Positions 1 through 9,227 of a stretch of 64,000 nt of DNA are shown in pieces (the first letter of the stretch is position 1; the number at the start of each line of letters is the position of its first letter). A model generated the notes under the pieces. It was given only the letters and a program-made list of their open reading frames with translations. It made no database searches and had not been told where the DNA came from. The translations under genes were made by a program, and so were the position numbers. Origin of the DNA: an uncultured Gaiellaceae bacterium. Lineage in GTDB: Bacteria > Actinomycetota > Thermoleophilia > Gaiellales > Gaiellaceae. Location of the stretch: contig CAVPXQ010000007.1 of the NCBI GenBank assembly GCA_963709715.1, positions 72,384 to 136,383 of the forward strand, read 5' to 3'.

Positions 1-217
1 CCATGCCGGCGAGCTCCGGGTCGTCGCGCGCCGCGTCGAGGTCCTCGCGCGCCTGGCGCCACTCGTCGGCGAGACGCTTCGGCCTCTCGAGCTCCTTCAG
101 TCGCCTCCCCGCGTCGGCGGCCTGACGGTGGTCGTTGTAGACCGTGGGGTCGGACATGCGCTCCTGGGCCTCGGCGTAGGAGCGATCCAGCTCGTCGACG
201 AGGCGCTCGATGGCCAC
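1..217 (-). CDS. prfA: peptide chain release factor 1, N-terminal fragment (gene continues beyond the left edge)
   Basis: Minus strand from GTG at 217 reads VAIERLVDELDRSYAEAQERMSDPTVYNDHRQAADAGRRLKELERPKRLADEWRQAREDLDAARDD, the RF1 N-terminal helical pattern. It lies downstream of rpmE and DUF1385, the usual synteny. Too short to appear in the ORF track. Confidence 0.6.
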   Translation of the reverse strand, partial: MAIERLVDELDRSYAEAQERMSDPTVYNDHRQAADAGRRLKELERPKRLADEWRQAREDLDAARDDPELAGM

Positions 218-237
218 GCCGTGAGGTTATCGAGGGA

Positions 238-666
238 TTAGCCGAGCGAGGCTTCGAGCGAGATCTCGGGCACCGAGGCGAGTGCCGACGAGACCGGGCA
301 GTTCGCCCGGGCACCCTCGGCAGCCGCGAGGAACGCCTCCTCGTCGATCCCGGGGACAGATGCCTCCACGGCCAGCGCGATCTTCGTGATCCCCGTTCCC
401 GGCACGAACGTGACGGTCGCGTCGACCTCGAGCTTCTCCGGCGGTGTGCCGTTCTGCGCCAGGCCGTGCGAGAGCGCCATCGAGAAGCAGGCGGCGTGCG
501 CCGCCGCAATGAGCTCCTCCGGGCTGGTTCGACCGTTCGACTCCTCGGCGCGCGATGCCCACGTGACGTCGAGCGGCCCGAACGCGCCGCTCCCGACGCT
601 CGTGATCGTCCCACCGCCGTCGACGAGCGATCCTGACCAGGTGACGTGCGCGGTGCGATCGGCCAT
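238..666 (-). CDS. OsmC/Ohr family peroxiredoxin-like protein (copy 2)
   Basis: Internal ATG at 666 of ORF 238..1038 gives MADRTAHVTWSGSL...SPEELIAAAHAACFSMAL...ANCPVSSAL. Size (142 aa) and the two conserved Cys contexts fit OsmC. Confidence 0.85.
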   Translation of the reverse strand: MADRTAHVTWSGSLVDGGGTITSVGSGAFGPLDVTWASRAEESNGRTSPEELIAAAHAACFSMALSHGLAQNGTPPEKLEVDATVTFVPGTGITKIALAVEASVPGIDEEAFLAAAEGARANCPVSSALASVPEISLEASLG

Positions 667-1123
667 CAGGCTCCTCCTCCTCCTCGAGAGTCGCTTCGAC
701 GGTGACGGTCGCGCTCGCCCGGATGAGCGCCGAGAACGGGCACCCCTCGTCTGCTGCCTGTGCGGCTGCGGCGAGTGTGTCGGCGTCGGCGCCAGGTGCG
801 ACCGCTCGCGCGGAGACGTGCGATGCGACGATGCGGTGCCCCGAGCCTTCGACCTCGTCCATCGTGATCGTGCAGTGGACGTGCATGCGCTCTGGTGGGG
901 AACCCAATCGGGCCAACTCGCTGCCGAGCGAGGTGACGAAGCACGTCGCATGCGCCGCGGCGAGCAGCTCCTCGGGGCTCGTCTTACCTTCGTGGATCTC
1001 GACGCGCGACGCGATGGTCGACGGGAGCTCGAACGCACCGGTGCTCATGGCCCGCACGACGCCGGATCCCCTCGCGGTCGTCCCCTCCCAGTCGATCTTC
1101 GCTTCCCGAACGATGCGTGGCAT
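666..1123 (-). CDS. OsmC/Ohr family protein (copy 1), 3' end probably frameshifted
   Basis: MPRIVREAKIDWEGTTARGSG...SPEELLAAAHATCFVTSL...EGCPFSALI. After the domain the ORF runs on to 227 as Arg-rich sequence out of frame with copy 2. A 1-nt shift in the GAG run at about 670-690 would end it at TGA 666-668, overlapping the ATG of copy 2 (TGATG). Confidence 0.7.
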
Positions 1124-1126
1124 CGC

Positions 1127-2053
1127 TTACGCCATCACCTCGACGCGCCCTTCGAGCCTCCGCTCCTCCGGTGTCTCCGCGGCCTCCTTCTCCATGACGC
1201 GCTGGAGCGCCTGGATCGAGACCTCGACCTGGTCGTCCGTGGGCTCACGCGTGGTCAGACGCTGCAGCCATAGCCCGGGCGCGAGCAGCGTCATGAGCAC
1301 GCGATTCGACTGGTGGTTGCCCGCGTAGCGGATGAGCTCGTAGGCAAGACCGGCGATCACGGGCAGGAGCAGGATCCGGCTCGCGATGAGCCACGGCAGC
1401 GGCGGTCTCCCCACGAACGCGAAGACGAAGATCGCGATGACCATGACCCAGAGCAAAAAGGCGGTTCCGCAACGTGGGTGGATCAGGCTGAACTTCTGCA
1501 CGTTCTGCGGCGTGAGCTCGGCGCCCGCCTCGAGAGCGTTGATCGCCTTGTGCTCGGCGCCGTGGTACTGGAAGACGCGCCGCAGGTCGGGGAGGAGCGA
1601 GATGGCGAGGATGTACGTGATGAAGACGCCGACGCGGATGAGCCCTTCGACGATCACGAAGAGCGCGGTCTGCTCGACGGGAAGCCAGCTCGTCACGAGA
1701 GCAGGACCGACCTTGAAGAGCATGAGTGCGAACCCGATCGCGATCGCGAACGAGAAGATGATCTGACCGCGGCCGATCTGCGTCTGGATCTCGCCGTCCT
1801 CGTCGCGCTCCTGCGAAGCGACGTTCGCCGAGATCGCGAGCGCGCGGAACCCGATGGCGAGCGACTCGCCGAGCGCGACCACGCCACGCACGACGGGCAG
1901 CCGCCAGATCCTCCGTCGCTGCATCGGCGACGAGATGTCACGAACGACCTCGGTGATCTCACCCTCCGGCGTGCGCACTGCAACCGCCCAGGACGACGGG
2001 CTGCGCATCATCACGCCTTCGAGAACGGCCTGTCCGCCGTAGCTGACGGCCAT
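1127..2053 (-). CDS. DUF1385 domain-containing membrane protein
   Basis: 308-aa ORF: MAVSYGGQAVLEGVMMRS...FQYHGAEHKAINALE...IHPRCGTAFLL. These are DUF1385 hallmarks, and the position between rpmE and prfA is typical. Confidence 0.8.
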   Translation of the reverse strand: MAVSYGGQAVLEGVMMRSPSSWAVAVRTPEGEITEVVRDISSPMQRRRIWRLPVVRGVVALGESLAIGFRALAISANVASQERDEDGEIQTQIGRGQIIFSFAIAIGFALMLFKVGPALVTSWLPVEQTALFVIVEGLIRVGVFITYILAISLLPDLRRVFQYHGAEHKAINALEAGAELTPQNVQKFSLIHPRCGTAFLLWVMVIAIFVFAFVGRPPLPWLIASRILLLPVIAGLAYELIRYAGNHQSNRVLMTLLAPGLWLQRLTTREPTDDQVEVSIQALQRVMEKEAAETPEERRLEGRVEVMA

Positions 2054-2059
2054 GCGCCG

Positions 2060-2284
2060 CTAGTCGTCTGCGGCGCGTTGCGCGCCGGCCTTCTCGAGGC
2101 GGCGCTGGAAGCGCTCCACCCGACCGCCGGTGTCGACGAGCTTCTGCTTCCCGGTGTAGAACGGATGGCACTCGGCGCAGATCTCCACGTGGAGCTCTTC
2201 CTTCGTCGAGCGGGTCCAGAACTCGTTGCCGCACGAGCACGTCACGTGCGCGATGACGTAGTCGGGATGGATGTCGGCTTTCAT
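2060..2284 (-). CDS. rpmE: 50S ribosomal protein L31 (Zn-ribbon type)
   Basis: [62 protein letters not shown], 74 aa, taken from the internal ATG of ORF 2060..2926. Confidence 0.95.
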   Translation of the reverse strand: MKADIHPDYVIAHVTCSCGNEFWTRSTKEELHVEICAECHPFYTGKQKLVDTGGRVERFQRRLEKAGAQRAADD

Positions 2285-3249
2285 CGGCCGGCCAGGATAC
2301 CAGCCGCGACTTTCGGATCCGCGTTGCCTCCCGAGACCACGGCCACGACGGGACCGTCGTCCACCGGGATCTTGCCGGCGAGGATGGCAGCGACAGCGGC
2401 CGCGCCGGCCGGCTCGCATGCGAGCTTCGCGCGCGTGTAGAGGAAGCGCATGCCGTCCGCGATCTCGTCCTCTGACACGAGGACGATCTCGTCCACACGC
2501 TCGCGGACGACGGCTAGCGTCCCGGCGCCCGTGAACGGGGCGTTCAGGCCGTCGGCGATCGAGCCGGGCTCGATGCGGACCGGCTCGCCGGCGTCGAGAG
2601 CCGCAGACACCGAGGGCGCCAGCTCGGGCTCGACGCCGACAACGCGGCAGTCGACGGCCGAGGCGACCCCGGAGATCAGTCCGCCGCCGCCGATCGGGAC
2701 GACCACCGTGGCGACGCCGGGGACGTCCTCCACGACCTCGAGCCCGAGCGTGCCGTGTCCGGCTTGCAGGACCGGGTCGTCGAACGGGTGGACGAAGACA
2801 CGCCCGGTCCGCTCGACGTGCTCGAGGAGGCGCTCGTGGGCCTCGGCCGGATTGGCGGCCGACAGGTCGACCTCGGCGCCGTACCCCCGTGCCGCGGCGA
2901 TCTTGAGCGGGTTCGCCGACGCCCACATGAAGACGGTGCAGGCGACCCCGGCTTCGCAGGCGGCGAACGCCGCGCCCTGCGCAGCGTTGCCCGCCGACCA
3001 GGTGACGATCCCACGCGCCTTCTCGTCCTCCGAGAGCGTCGCGAGCTTGTTGAGCATCCCCCGCGGCTTGAACGAGCCGGTCTTCTGGAAGAGCTCGGCT
3101 TTCAGGTGCACCTTCGCACCGAGCGTCCGGCTGGACAGCGTCGGCGTGCGGTGGAGGCGGTCGCGGATCACCTCTCCTGCGCGCTCGATGGCATCGCGAT
3201 CGATCACGCCACGATCGTACGGAACCACGCTCGCCCTACGGGTGTACAT
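2281..3249 (-). CDS. PLP-dependent threonine/serine dehydratase (no ACT regulatory domain)
   Basis: 322 aa with the PLP-lysine motif TGSFKPRGM, plus SAGNAAQG and the glycine loop IGGGGLISG. Its stop overlaps the rpmE start (ATGA at 2281-2284). Confidence 0.85.
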   Translation of the reverse strand: MYTRRASVVPYDRGVIDRDAIERAGEVIRDRLHRTPTLSSRTLGAKVHLKAELFQKTGSFKPRGMLNKLATLSEDEKARGIVTWSAGNAAQGAAFAACEAGVACTVFMWASANPLKIAAARGYGAEVDLSAANPAEAHERLLEHVERTGRVFVHPFDDPVLQAGHGTLGLEVVEDVPGVATVVVPIGGGGLISGVASAVDCRVVGVEPELAPSVSAALDAGEPVRIEPGSIADGLNAPFTGAGTLAVVRERVDEIVLVSEDEIADGMRFLYTRAKLACEPAGAAAVAAILAGKIPVDDGPVVAVVSGGNADPKVAAGILAGR

Positions 3250-3255
3250 GGAGGC

Positions 3256-4160
3256 GTGCGCGCATTCGTGGTTCTCGTTCTGGTCGCGCTTGCAGCAACT
3301 CCGGCATCCGCGAAGTTGCCTCCCACACCAACCGAGGTGGCGGTCGTATCCACGGGTCGCGCGCCCTGCGGCATCGCAGCACGAGGGGGAAACTCTGGAT
3401 CGGCGTCTACGAGGCAGGGAGGCTCGTGCAGCTCGACGCGACGAGCGGTCACGTGTCGGCGGTCATCGACGTGGGCCGGTTCGCGTGTCGGGTGGCCGTC
3501 GGCCCGGCGGCCGTCTGGGTCACCCGGGACAACGCCGGAGAGCTCGTCCGCGTCTCTCGAGCCGCGGACCGTGTTCGACGCGTCGAGGTGGGCGCGGGCG
3601 CATTCGACGTCGTGCTCGCGGCCGGATCGGCGTGGGCCACGAGTTTCGGCACGGGCGTCGTGAAGCAGCTGAACCCGAGGACTGGCGCTGTTCTCCGGAC
3701 CTACGACATCGGGCCCAAGCCGGCTGGACTCGCGCTCTGCGGCGGCACGATCTGGGTCGGTCACGGCGGATCTGCGACCTGGCTGACCAAGATCGACCCA
3801 CGCTCGCATCGGACGCGACGGGTCGACGTCGTCGTCGACGCGCCGGCCTGGCCGAGATGCGTGCGCGGAGAGCTCTGGGTGACGACGACCGACTCCGTTC
3901 TCCAGGTCGACGCCCGCACCGGAAACCTCGTCGGCCCCTACCGGATCGGAGGCACGCCGGCCGAGGCTGCCGCTGGGCCGGACGGGCTGGTGTGGGTGAC
4001 CGACAAGGAGCGCTCGCTCGTCCACCGCATCGACGGGTCGGGCCGGCATGTCGTCGACTCCTTCGCAGCTGGACCCGGCGCATACTCCCTCGCGCGTGCG
4101 GGGCAGGCGATGTGGGTGACGAGCTTCGCAGGAGCAGACGTGCGGAAGTTCGTGCCGTAG
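3256..4160 (+). CDS. secreted beta-propeller repeat protein, N-terminus separated by a frameshift
   Basis: ORF 3426..4160 has repeated units of the type G..P.G.A....VWV....G.L..ID. An upstream frame from GTG 3256 encodes a signal peptide, VRAFVVLVLVALAATPASA...PCGIAARGG. It joins KLWIGVYEAGRLVQLD if the G5 run at 3385-3389 is one base longer. Confidence 0.6.
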
Positions 4161-4193
4161 GCGAACATCGGCTCGCCCGGCGAGAATGAGCCG

Positions 4194-5513
4194 GTGGCGA
4201 GCATCGAGCAACGGCCGGTCCGGCTTGTCGTCCGCGACGGCGGCCTCGATCGGAGCCGTCTCACCGTGTTCTTCCGGCTGTTCCTGGCGATCCCCGTGCT
4301 CCTGTGGATGCTGCTGCGCGGGGTGGCGGCGGGCGTCGTCGGCTTCGTGAACTGGCTCGCCGTCCTGATCCAGGGCGAAGTACCCGAGAGCCTCCACGAC
4401 TTCGTCGCGTCGTACATCCGCTACTCGACTCAGGTGAGCGCCTACGTGTTCCTTGCTGCCAACCCGTATCCGTGGTTTCGCTGCCAGGCCGACTACCCGG
4501 TCGACATCGAGATCGACCCACCCGTCCGTCAGGGTCGTTGGGGAGGGTTCTTCCGCCTCGTCCTCGCGCTGCCTGCGCTCCTCATCGCAGCTGTGCTCGG
4601 CGGAGGTCTCACGAGCGGCTCGCCCGGCCAGGCTTCGTGGTCGGCATCGGGCAGCAACGAGAGCCTCTGGTTCAACGTCTCCTCCGTCGGTGGAGCGGCC
4701 GCGGTGTCGGCGTTCCTCGCCTGGTTCTTCATCCTCGCCGTCGGTCGTGCACCGCGCGGCCTGCGGGATCTCACCGTGCTCGCACTCGGCTACGGCGCGC
4801 AGGCCGGCTCGTACCTCCTACTCCTCACCCCCCGCTACCCGTCGAGCGACCCCGCGCTTGCGGAGCCGTACTCCGAGCTGCCGCCGCATCCTGTTCGAGC
4901 AGTCGTCGACGACGATCTCGCCCGGCCGAGGCTTACCGTCTTCTTCCGCCTCCTGCTCGCCGTCCCCCACCTCGTCTGGATCCTGCTGTGGTCGATCGCG
5001 GTGTTTTTCGTCGCCATCCCGTCGTGGCTCGTCACGATCGTGATCGGACGCCTGCCGCTGCCGCTCCACCGGTTCCTCGCGGCATACGTCCGGTACGCAA
5101 CGCACCTCGGCGCCTTCGTCTACCTCGTCGGCCGCAGGTTTCCCGGGTTCACGGGGCGGGCCGGTTCGTACGGAATCGACCTCGAGATCGACGGGCCGGA
5201 GCCGCAACGACGTCTCACCGTCTTCTTCCGCGTCTTCCTCGCGATGCCGGCCTTCATCGCCGCGAGCGCGCTCGGGGGCGTCGTGCTCGTGGTCGCCCTT
5301 CTCGCCTGGTGGTACGCGCTCGTCACCGGGCGCATGCCGGACGGGATGCGGAACCTCGGCGTCGCCTGCCTGCGCTATTCGGCACAGACGTACGCATATG
5401 CGCTGCTCCTCACGAGCCGCTATCCGTACGCCGCGCCCGTCTTGCGTGATCGCGGACCCGAGCCCGAGGAGCTCGTCGACTTCCCGACGCCGGTCTTCGG
5501 AGACACCTTCTGA
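4194..5513 (+). CDS. membrane protein with repeated DUF4389-like modules
   Basis: 439 aa. The module RLTVFFRL.LA.P...W......V.....W...L.TGR.P..L......Y.RY......Y..LL...YP occurs three times, near aa 20, 240 and 335. Confidence 0.7.
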   Translation: MASIEQRPVRLVVRDGGLDRSRLTVFFRLFLAIPVLLWMLLRGVAAGVVGFVNWLAVLIQGEVPESLHDFVASYIRYSTQVSAYVFLAANPYPWFRCQADYPVDIEIDPPVRQGRWGGFFRLVLALPALLIAAVLGGGLTSGSPGQASWSASGSNESLWFNVSSVGGAAAVSAFLAWFFILAVGRAPRGLRDLTVLALGYGAQAGSYLLLLTPRYPSSDPALAEPYSELPPHPVRAVVDDDLARPRLTVFFRLLLAVPHLVWILLWSIAVFFVAIPSWLVTIVIGRLPLPLHRFLAAYVRYATHLGAFVYLVGRRFPGFTGRAGSYGIDLEIDGPEPQRRLTVFFRVFLAMPAFIAASALGGVVLVVALLAWWYALVTGRMPDGMRNLGVACLRYSAQTYAYALLLTSRYPYAAPVLRDRGPEPEELVDFPTPVFGDTF

Positions 5514-5623
5514 GGATCGTCGTTGCCGCGCTCGCCGCCTCGGCGCTCGCGTTCTGTGCGTTCCTGCTGTATCCGACGGCCGTCCCGAACGACCTCTCGC
5601 TCGGCTCGATCGACGTCGACGCC

Positions 5624-6730
5624 GTGTTCGACGCCGGCGGCCTCGTCGAGCGCGCGCAGCGCTACGAGCGATTCTTCTACGTGGACTGGTTGCTCGCGCA
5701 GATCGCTCTCCTGGTGACGCTCTGGTTCTACGCGAAGCGCGGTAGCGGCTTGGCGCGCGAGTCCTCCGCCGGACCGATCGGCACCGGGATGCTCCTCGGG
5801 ATGCTCGGCCTCGGGATCGCGTGGCTCGTCCACCTCCCGTTCGCGGTCGCGGCGCACTGGTGGCAGCGCCGTTGGGAGGAGAGCGACCTCGGGTACCTCG
5901 AGTGGATCTTCCAGGACTGGGCACTGCTGGCCGCGCAGTTCCTCTCGATCTCGCTCGCGCTCGTCATCGTGATGGGCCTGGCACGGCGCCTCGGCGACTG
6001 GTGGTGGCTGCCGGGGGCGGCCGTGTTCGTCGCCATCGCTTCTCTGTTCACCTTCGTCTCGCCCTACCTCGACTACACGACCTCACCATTGAAGGACGAG
6101 GCGCTGCTCTCGGCCGCCCGCGACTACCGAGAGCAGCTCGGCCTGGGCGACATCCCGCTCCGGGTCGAGAAGGTGAGCTCAGACACCGACCAGGCGAATG
6201 CGTACGCCTACGGGATCGGGCCCTCGCGGCGGGTCGTCCTGTGGGACACGATCCTCCAGGCGCCGTTCTCGCAGGACGAGCAGAAGGCCGTCCTCGCGCA
6301 CGAGCTCGCGCACCACTCGCAGAACCACCTCCCGAAAGGGATCGGGTGGTTCGCGCTCTTCGCGATTCCCGGAGCGTGGATCCTGATGCGCTCCACACGT
6401 TCACGCGGGGGGATGGGTAGGCCCGAGGCGGTGCCGCTCGCACTTCTCGTCGTCGCCGTCTTCCAGCTCGCCACGCTGCCGCTCTCGAATCACCTCTCCC
6501 GGCGCATGGAGGCCGAGGCGGACTGGAAGGCACTCGAGGTGACGCACGATCCGGCAGCGCTCGAGGGGCTCATGGTCAGGCTCTCGAAGACGTCGCTCGG
6601 CGACCCGGACCCGCCGGGCTGGTCGCAGCTCGTCTTCGGCACGCACCCCGCGCTCGCCGACCGCGTCGCGATGGCGCGCGCTTGGGCGAAGCAGCAGGGA
6701 CGGAAGACCCAGCGCACACCGACCCCGTAG
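5624..6730 (+). CDS. M48 family (Ste24/HtpX-like) zinc metallopeptidase
   Basis: HELAH zinc motif (VLAHELAHHSQNH), downstream GTHPALADRV, and several N-terminal TM helices. Confidence 0.85.
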   Translation: MFDAGGLVERAQRYERFFYVDWLLAQIALLVTLWFYAKRGSGLARESSAGPIGTGMLLGMLGLGIAWLVHLPFAVAAHWWQRRWEESDLGYLEWIFQDWALLAAQFLSISLALVIVMGLARRLGDWWWLPGAAVFVAIASLFTFVSPYLDYTTSPLKDEALLSAARDYREQLGLGDIPLRVEKVSSDTDQANAYAYGIGPSRRVVLWDTILQAPFSQDEQKAVLAHELAHHSQNHLPKGIGWFALFAIPGAWILMRSTRSRGGMGRPEAVPLALLVVAVFQLATLPLSNHLSRRMEAEADWKALEVTHDPAALEGLMVRLSKTSLGDPDPPGWSQLVFGTHPALADRVAMARAWAKQQGRKTQRTPTP

Positions 6731-6743
6731 CGATACTGGCGCG

Positions 6744-9227
6744 GTGCCTGGCCCGTCGTCCGCAACGCAAGAACGCGGTCGGTTGGCCCTTGTGCTGGGC
6801 GCCGCGGCATTCGCCGCTGCTCTCATCGGAGCCCTGACGCCCTCCACCGAAGTGCGGTCTGCCTACTCGTGGCCCCCGGCTCGTCTTCCTGCCGCTCACC
6901 CCTCACGCGCGTGGTACTCGCCGCTTCTCTTGATGCGTCATCAGCCGGAGTCTCTGGCGGCCGTCGTACCGTGCGCGCTGCCGCGCGCCTTGCCGGAAGC
7001 GCAGCATCCCGTGACCGTCATCGCGACTGCAGGGCACCCGGCCCGAACGAACGGCCTCGCGGTGACGAGCGCCGCGGACCGCCTCGTTTTCAAGGTGGGC
7101 ACGGCGACGCTCGCAAGCGTCGACCGCGGCCAAGACCCAGCCGCATCGACCTCGCCGGAGTGCAGCTACCGACTCACCCTCTCGGGCAAGGCGTGGTCGC
7201 TGGAAGGTGGGGACCCGAACGGCAGCAGAAGTGGAGCGCTCGACGAGCTGCCGACAGTCACGGGTCTGTTCTCCGCGCTCGATCTGCGGGCGTCGCGGGC
7301 TCCGTCGATCCGTGTAACGACGTATCCGCACGCTGTGGTGACGACCACCTTTCAGAAGCTCGTCCGTGCTGCGGCGGTCGTCCTGGCGCTCCTCGCACTG
7401 CTGGCGGTCGGGGCACCTCGACCGCCACGTGGCGCGCTCAGGCGGTTGCTGTCGGTCGTACGACACGGAGTTCGCGCAATCCGTGCGCCCGACATCGTCG
7501 TCGGGAGCGCCGTCCTCGGCTGGTGGGTGCTCTCGCCGGCGTTTCCGGACGACGGCTGGGTCCTCGTGCGCCAATCCTCGTACGAGTCGGTCGGAGGATT
7601 CTCGAACTACTACAACGGATTCGGAGCCAACCTTCCGAACGGCTACTGGCTCGAGTGGCTTCAGCATTACCTGGCCACGGCAACGAGCACACTCGTGGCT
7701 CTCCGCGTGCCGACGGTCGTCCTGCTGATCACGACCTGGGTTGTCTGTCGCTGGATCCTGGCTCAGGTCCTCCGACGCTCGTCCGACGACAGGGCGATGG
7801 TCGTCTGGGCGCTGGCCGCGGCATTCCTCGTCGGAAGCTACGCGTGGGGAATGACACTTCGTCCCGAGCCGACGACCGCCCTACTGGTGACGGCTGTCAT
7901 GGCCTGCATGACCCGATTCCTGGCAAGGAGTTCTTCGGCTCCGGTCGCACTGGCCGCGCTCATCCTGCCGTTCGCCGTCACCGGCCACCACGCCGGCCTC
8001 GTCGCCCTCGCACCGTTGCTCGTCGCTGCCGGTCCACTCCTCCGATGGGTGCGAACGCAGCACACGGCGGCGCTCGGGGCCGCGGCGGCGTCGGCGGCGA
8101 TCTTCGTCGTGCTGCTCGTGCTCGGAACCGACCTCGAGCACTGGAACGAGAACGTCGAAACGACGCAGGTGACCATCGGGACGGGCGAGCGTTGGGCGGA
8201 CGAGATCAACCGGTACGCGCGACTATCGGACGTGCTGTATGGAACGCCGCTCCGCCGCGGATCGGTCGCGCTCATGGCTCTCACGGTGCTCGCGTACCTC
8301 CTCCGACGCAGGCGACGCGAGGACCGGATGTCCGACTTCCCGGCCGCGTGCCTCAGCGTTGGACTCCTACTCCTCGTCGCAGCGCCCAGCAAGTGGCCGT
8401 GGCACTTCGGCGCCCTGATCGGCGTCGCAGCGGTCGCGGCAGCGACGGAGTCCGCACGGCTACGTGACGAGGCTGATCGTGCTCGCCGCTGGGAGGCGTG
8501 GCCGTTCCTCGCCCTCGCAGCGACCGGCCTGGCCGGAGCGTGGGCGTCGGACAAGCGAGGGAACCCGTGGACGACGCTCGATCTCCGAACGAGAGACTGG
8601 ATTGCCGGCTTCGAGTCCCATGTGTCGCTCAGGCAGATCGCAGTGCTCGCGGTCGGTCTGACACTCCTCGGAGCCCTGCTCTGGGAGGCCCGGCGCGGAG
8701 AGCGGAGGTACGAGAGAGCACCATGGCGCGCCGCTTCCTGGGCGGCTCCGGCGCTCGCTGCGCCGCTTGTCGTGTTTACCGTCGCGGTCCTCGTCGCGGA
8801 CGCCAGGGCGACGAGCGCGTGGACATTGACCCGACAGAACGTAGATGCACTTCGAGGCCGCGCTGACTGCGGGCTTGCAGACGACATGCTGGCAGCCGTG
8901 CGGAACGACCGGAGCACGCTGGTCATGCCGGATCTCGTGATGTACCTGCCCTGCGCGCAGCACGCACGACTGGCGGACGGCGTCGCCGAGCCTCCGGATC
9001 ACCTCGTGACGTCGGAACTCTGGTCGGGCTGGAACGGCATCGGCTATCCATCGAGCCCGTTCGCCGGGATCTTCGACCTCTACGACGTGGAGGAGATCCC
9101 GCTCGGCGACGCGGCTCGTCCGCCGGGCGGCATCGGCGTCTCGCTCTTCAGAGTCGCTCGGGAGCTACCAGGGGTGGCGCTTGCACCCGCGACGCACGTC
9201 CTTCTGAGGGGGTCGGGCCCGCCCTAG
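6744..9227 (+). CDS. Emb-like GT-C arabinosyltransferase family protein (paralogue 1)
   Basis: 827 aa, polytopic. The N-terminus has SAYSWPP...WYSPLLL...VVPC. The loop motif FPDDGWVLVRQSSYESVGGFSNYYNGFGANLPNGYWLEWLQH resembles the mycobacterial Emb DDGY...NYFRWFG...PFGWYY region. Confidence 0.7.
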   Translation: MPGPSSATQERGRLALVLGAAAFAAALIGALTPSTEVRSAYSWPPARLPAAHPSRAWYSPLLLMRHQPESLAAVVPCALPRALPEAQHPVTVIATAGHPARTNGLAVTSAADRLVFKVGTATLASVDRGQDPAASTSPECSYRLTLSGKAWSLEGGDPNGSRSGALDELPTVTGLFSALDLRASRAPSIRVTTYPHAVVTTTFQKLVRAAAVVLALLALLAVGAPRPPRGALRRLLSVVRHGVRAIRAPDIVVGSAVLGWWVLSPAFPDDGWVLVRQSSYESVGGFSNYYNGFGANLPNGYWLEWLQHYLATATSTLVALRVPTVVLLITTWVVCRWILAQVLRRSSDDRAMVVWALAAAFLVGSYAWGMTLRPEPTTALLVTAVMACMTRFLARSSSAPVALAALILPFAVTGHHAGLVALAPLLVAAGPLLRWVRTQHTAALGAAAASAAIFVVLLVLGTDLEHWNENVETTQVTIGTGERWADEINRYARLSDVLYGTPLRRGSVALMALTVLAYLLRRRRREDRMSDFPAACLSVGLLLLVAAPSKWPWHFGALIGVAAVAAATESARLRDEADRARRWEAWPFLALAATGLAGAWASDKRGNPWTTLDLRTRDWIAGFESHVSLRQIAVLAVGLTLLGALLWEARRGERRYERAPWRAASWAAPALAAPLVVFTVAVLVADARATSAWTLTRQNVDALRGRADCGLADDMLAAVRNDRSTLVMPDLVMYLPCAQHARLADGVAEPPDHLVTSELWSGWNGIGYPSSPFAGIFDLYDVEEIPLGDAARPPGGIGVSLFRVARELPGVALAPATHVLLRGSGPP

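Noticed and set aside
227-1123. 298-aa OsmC ORF taken at face value
   Set aside because: Only the first 150 aa or so are OsmC-like. The remainder is Arg-rich and is the out-of-frame reading of the second OsmC gene. It is treated as a missing stop or frameshift, not as a real extension.
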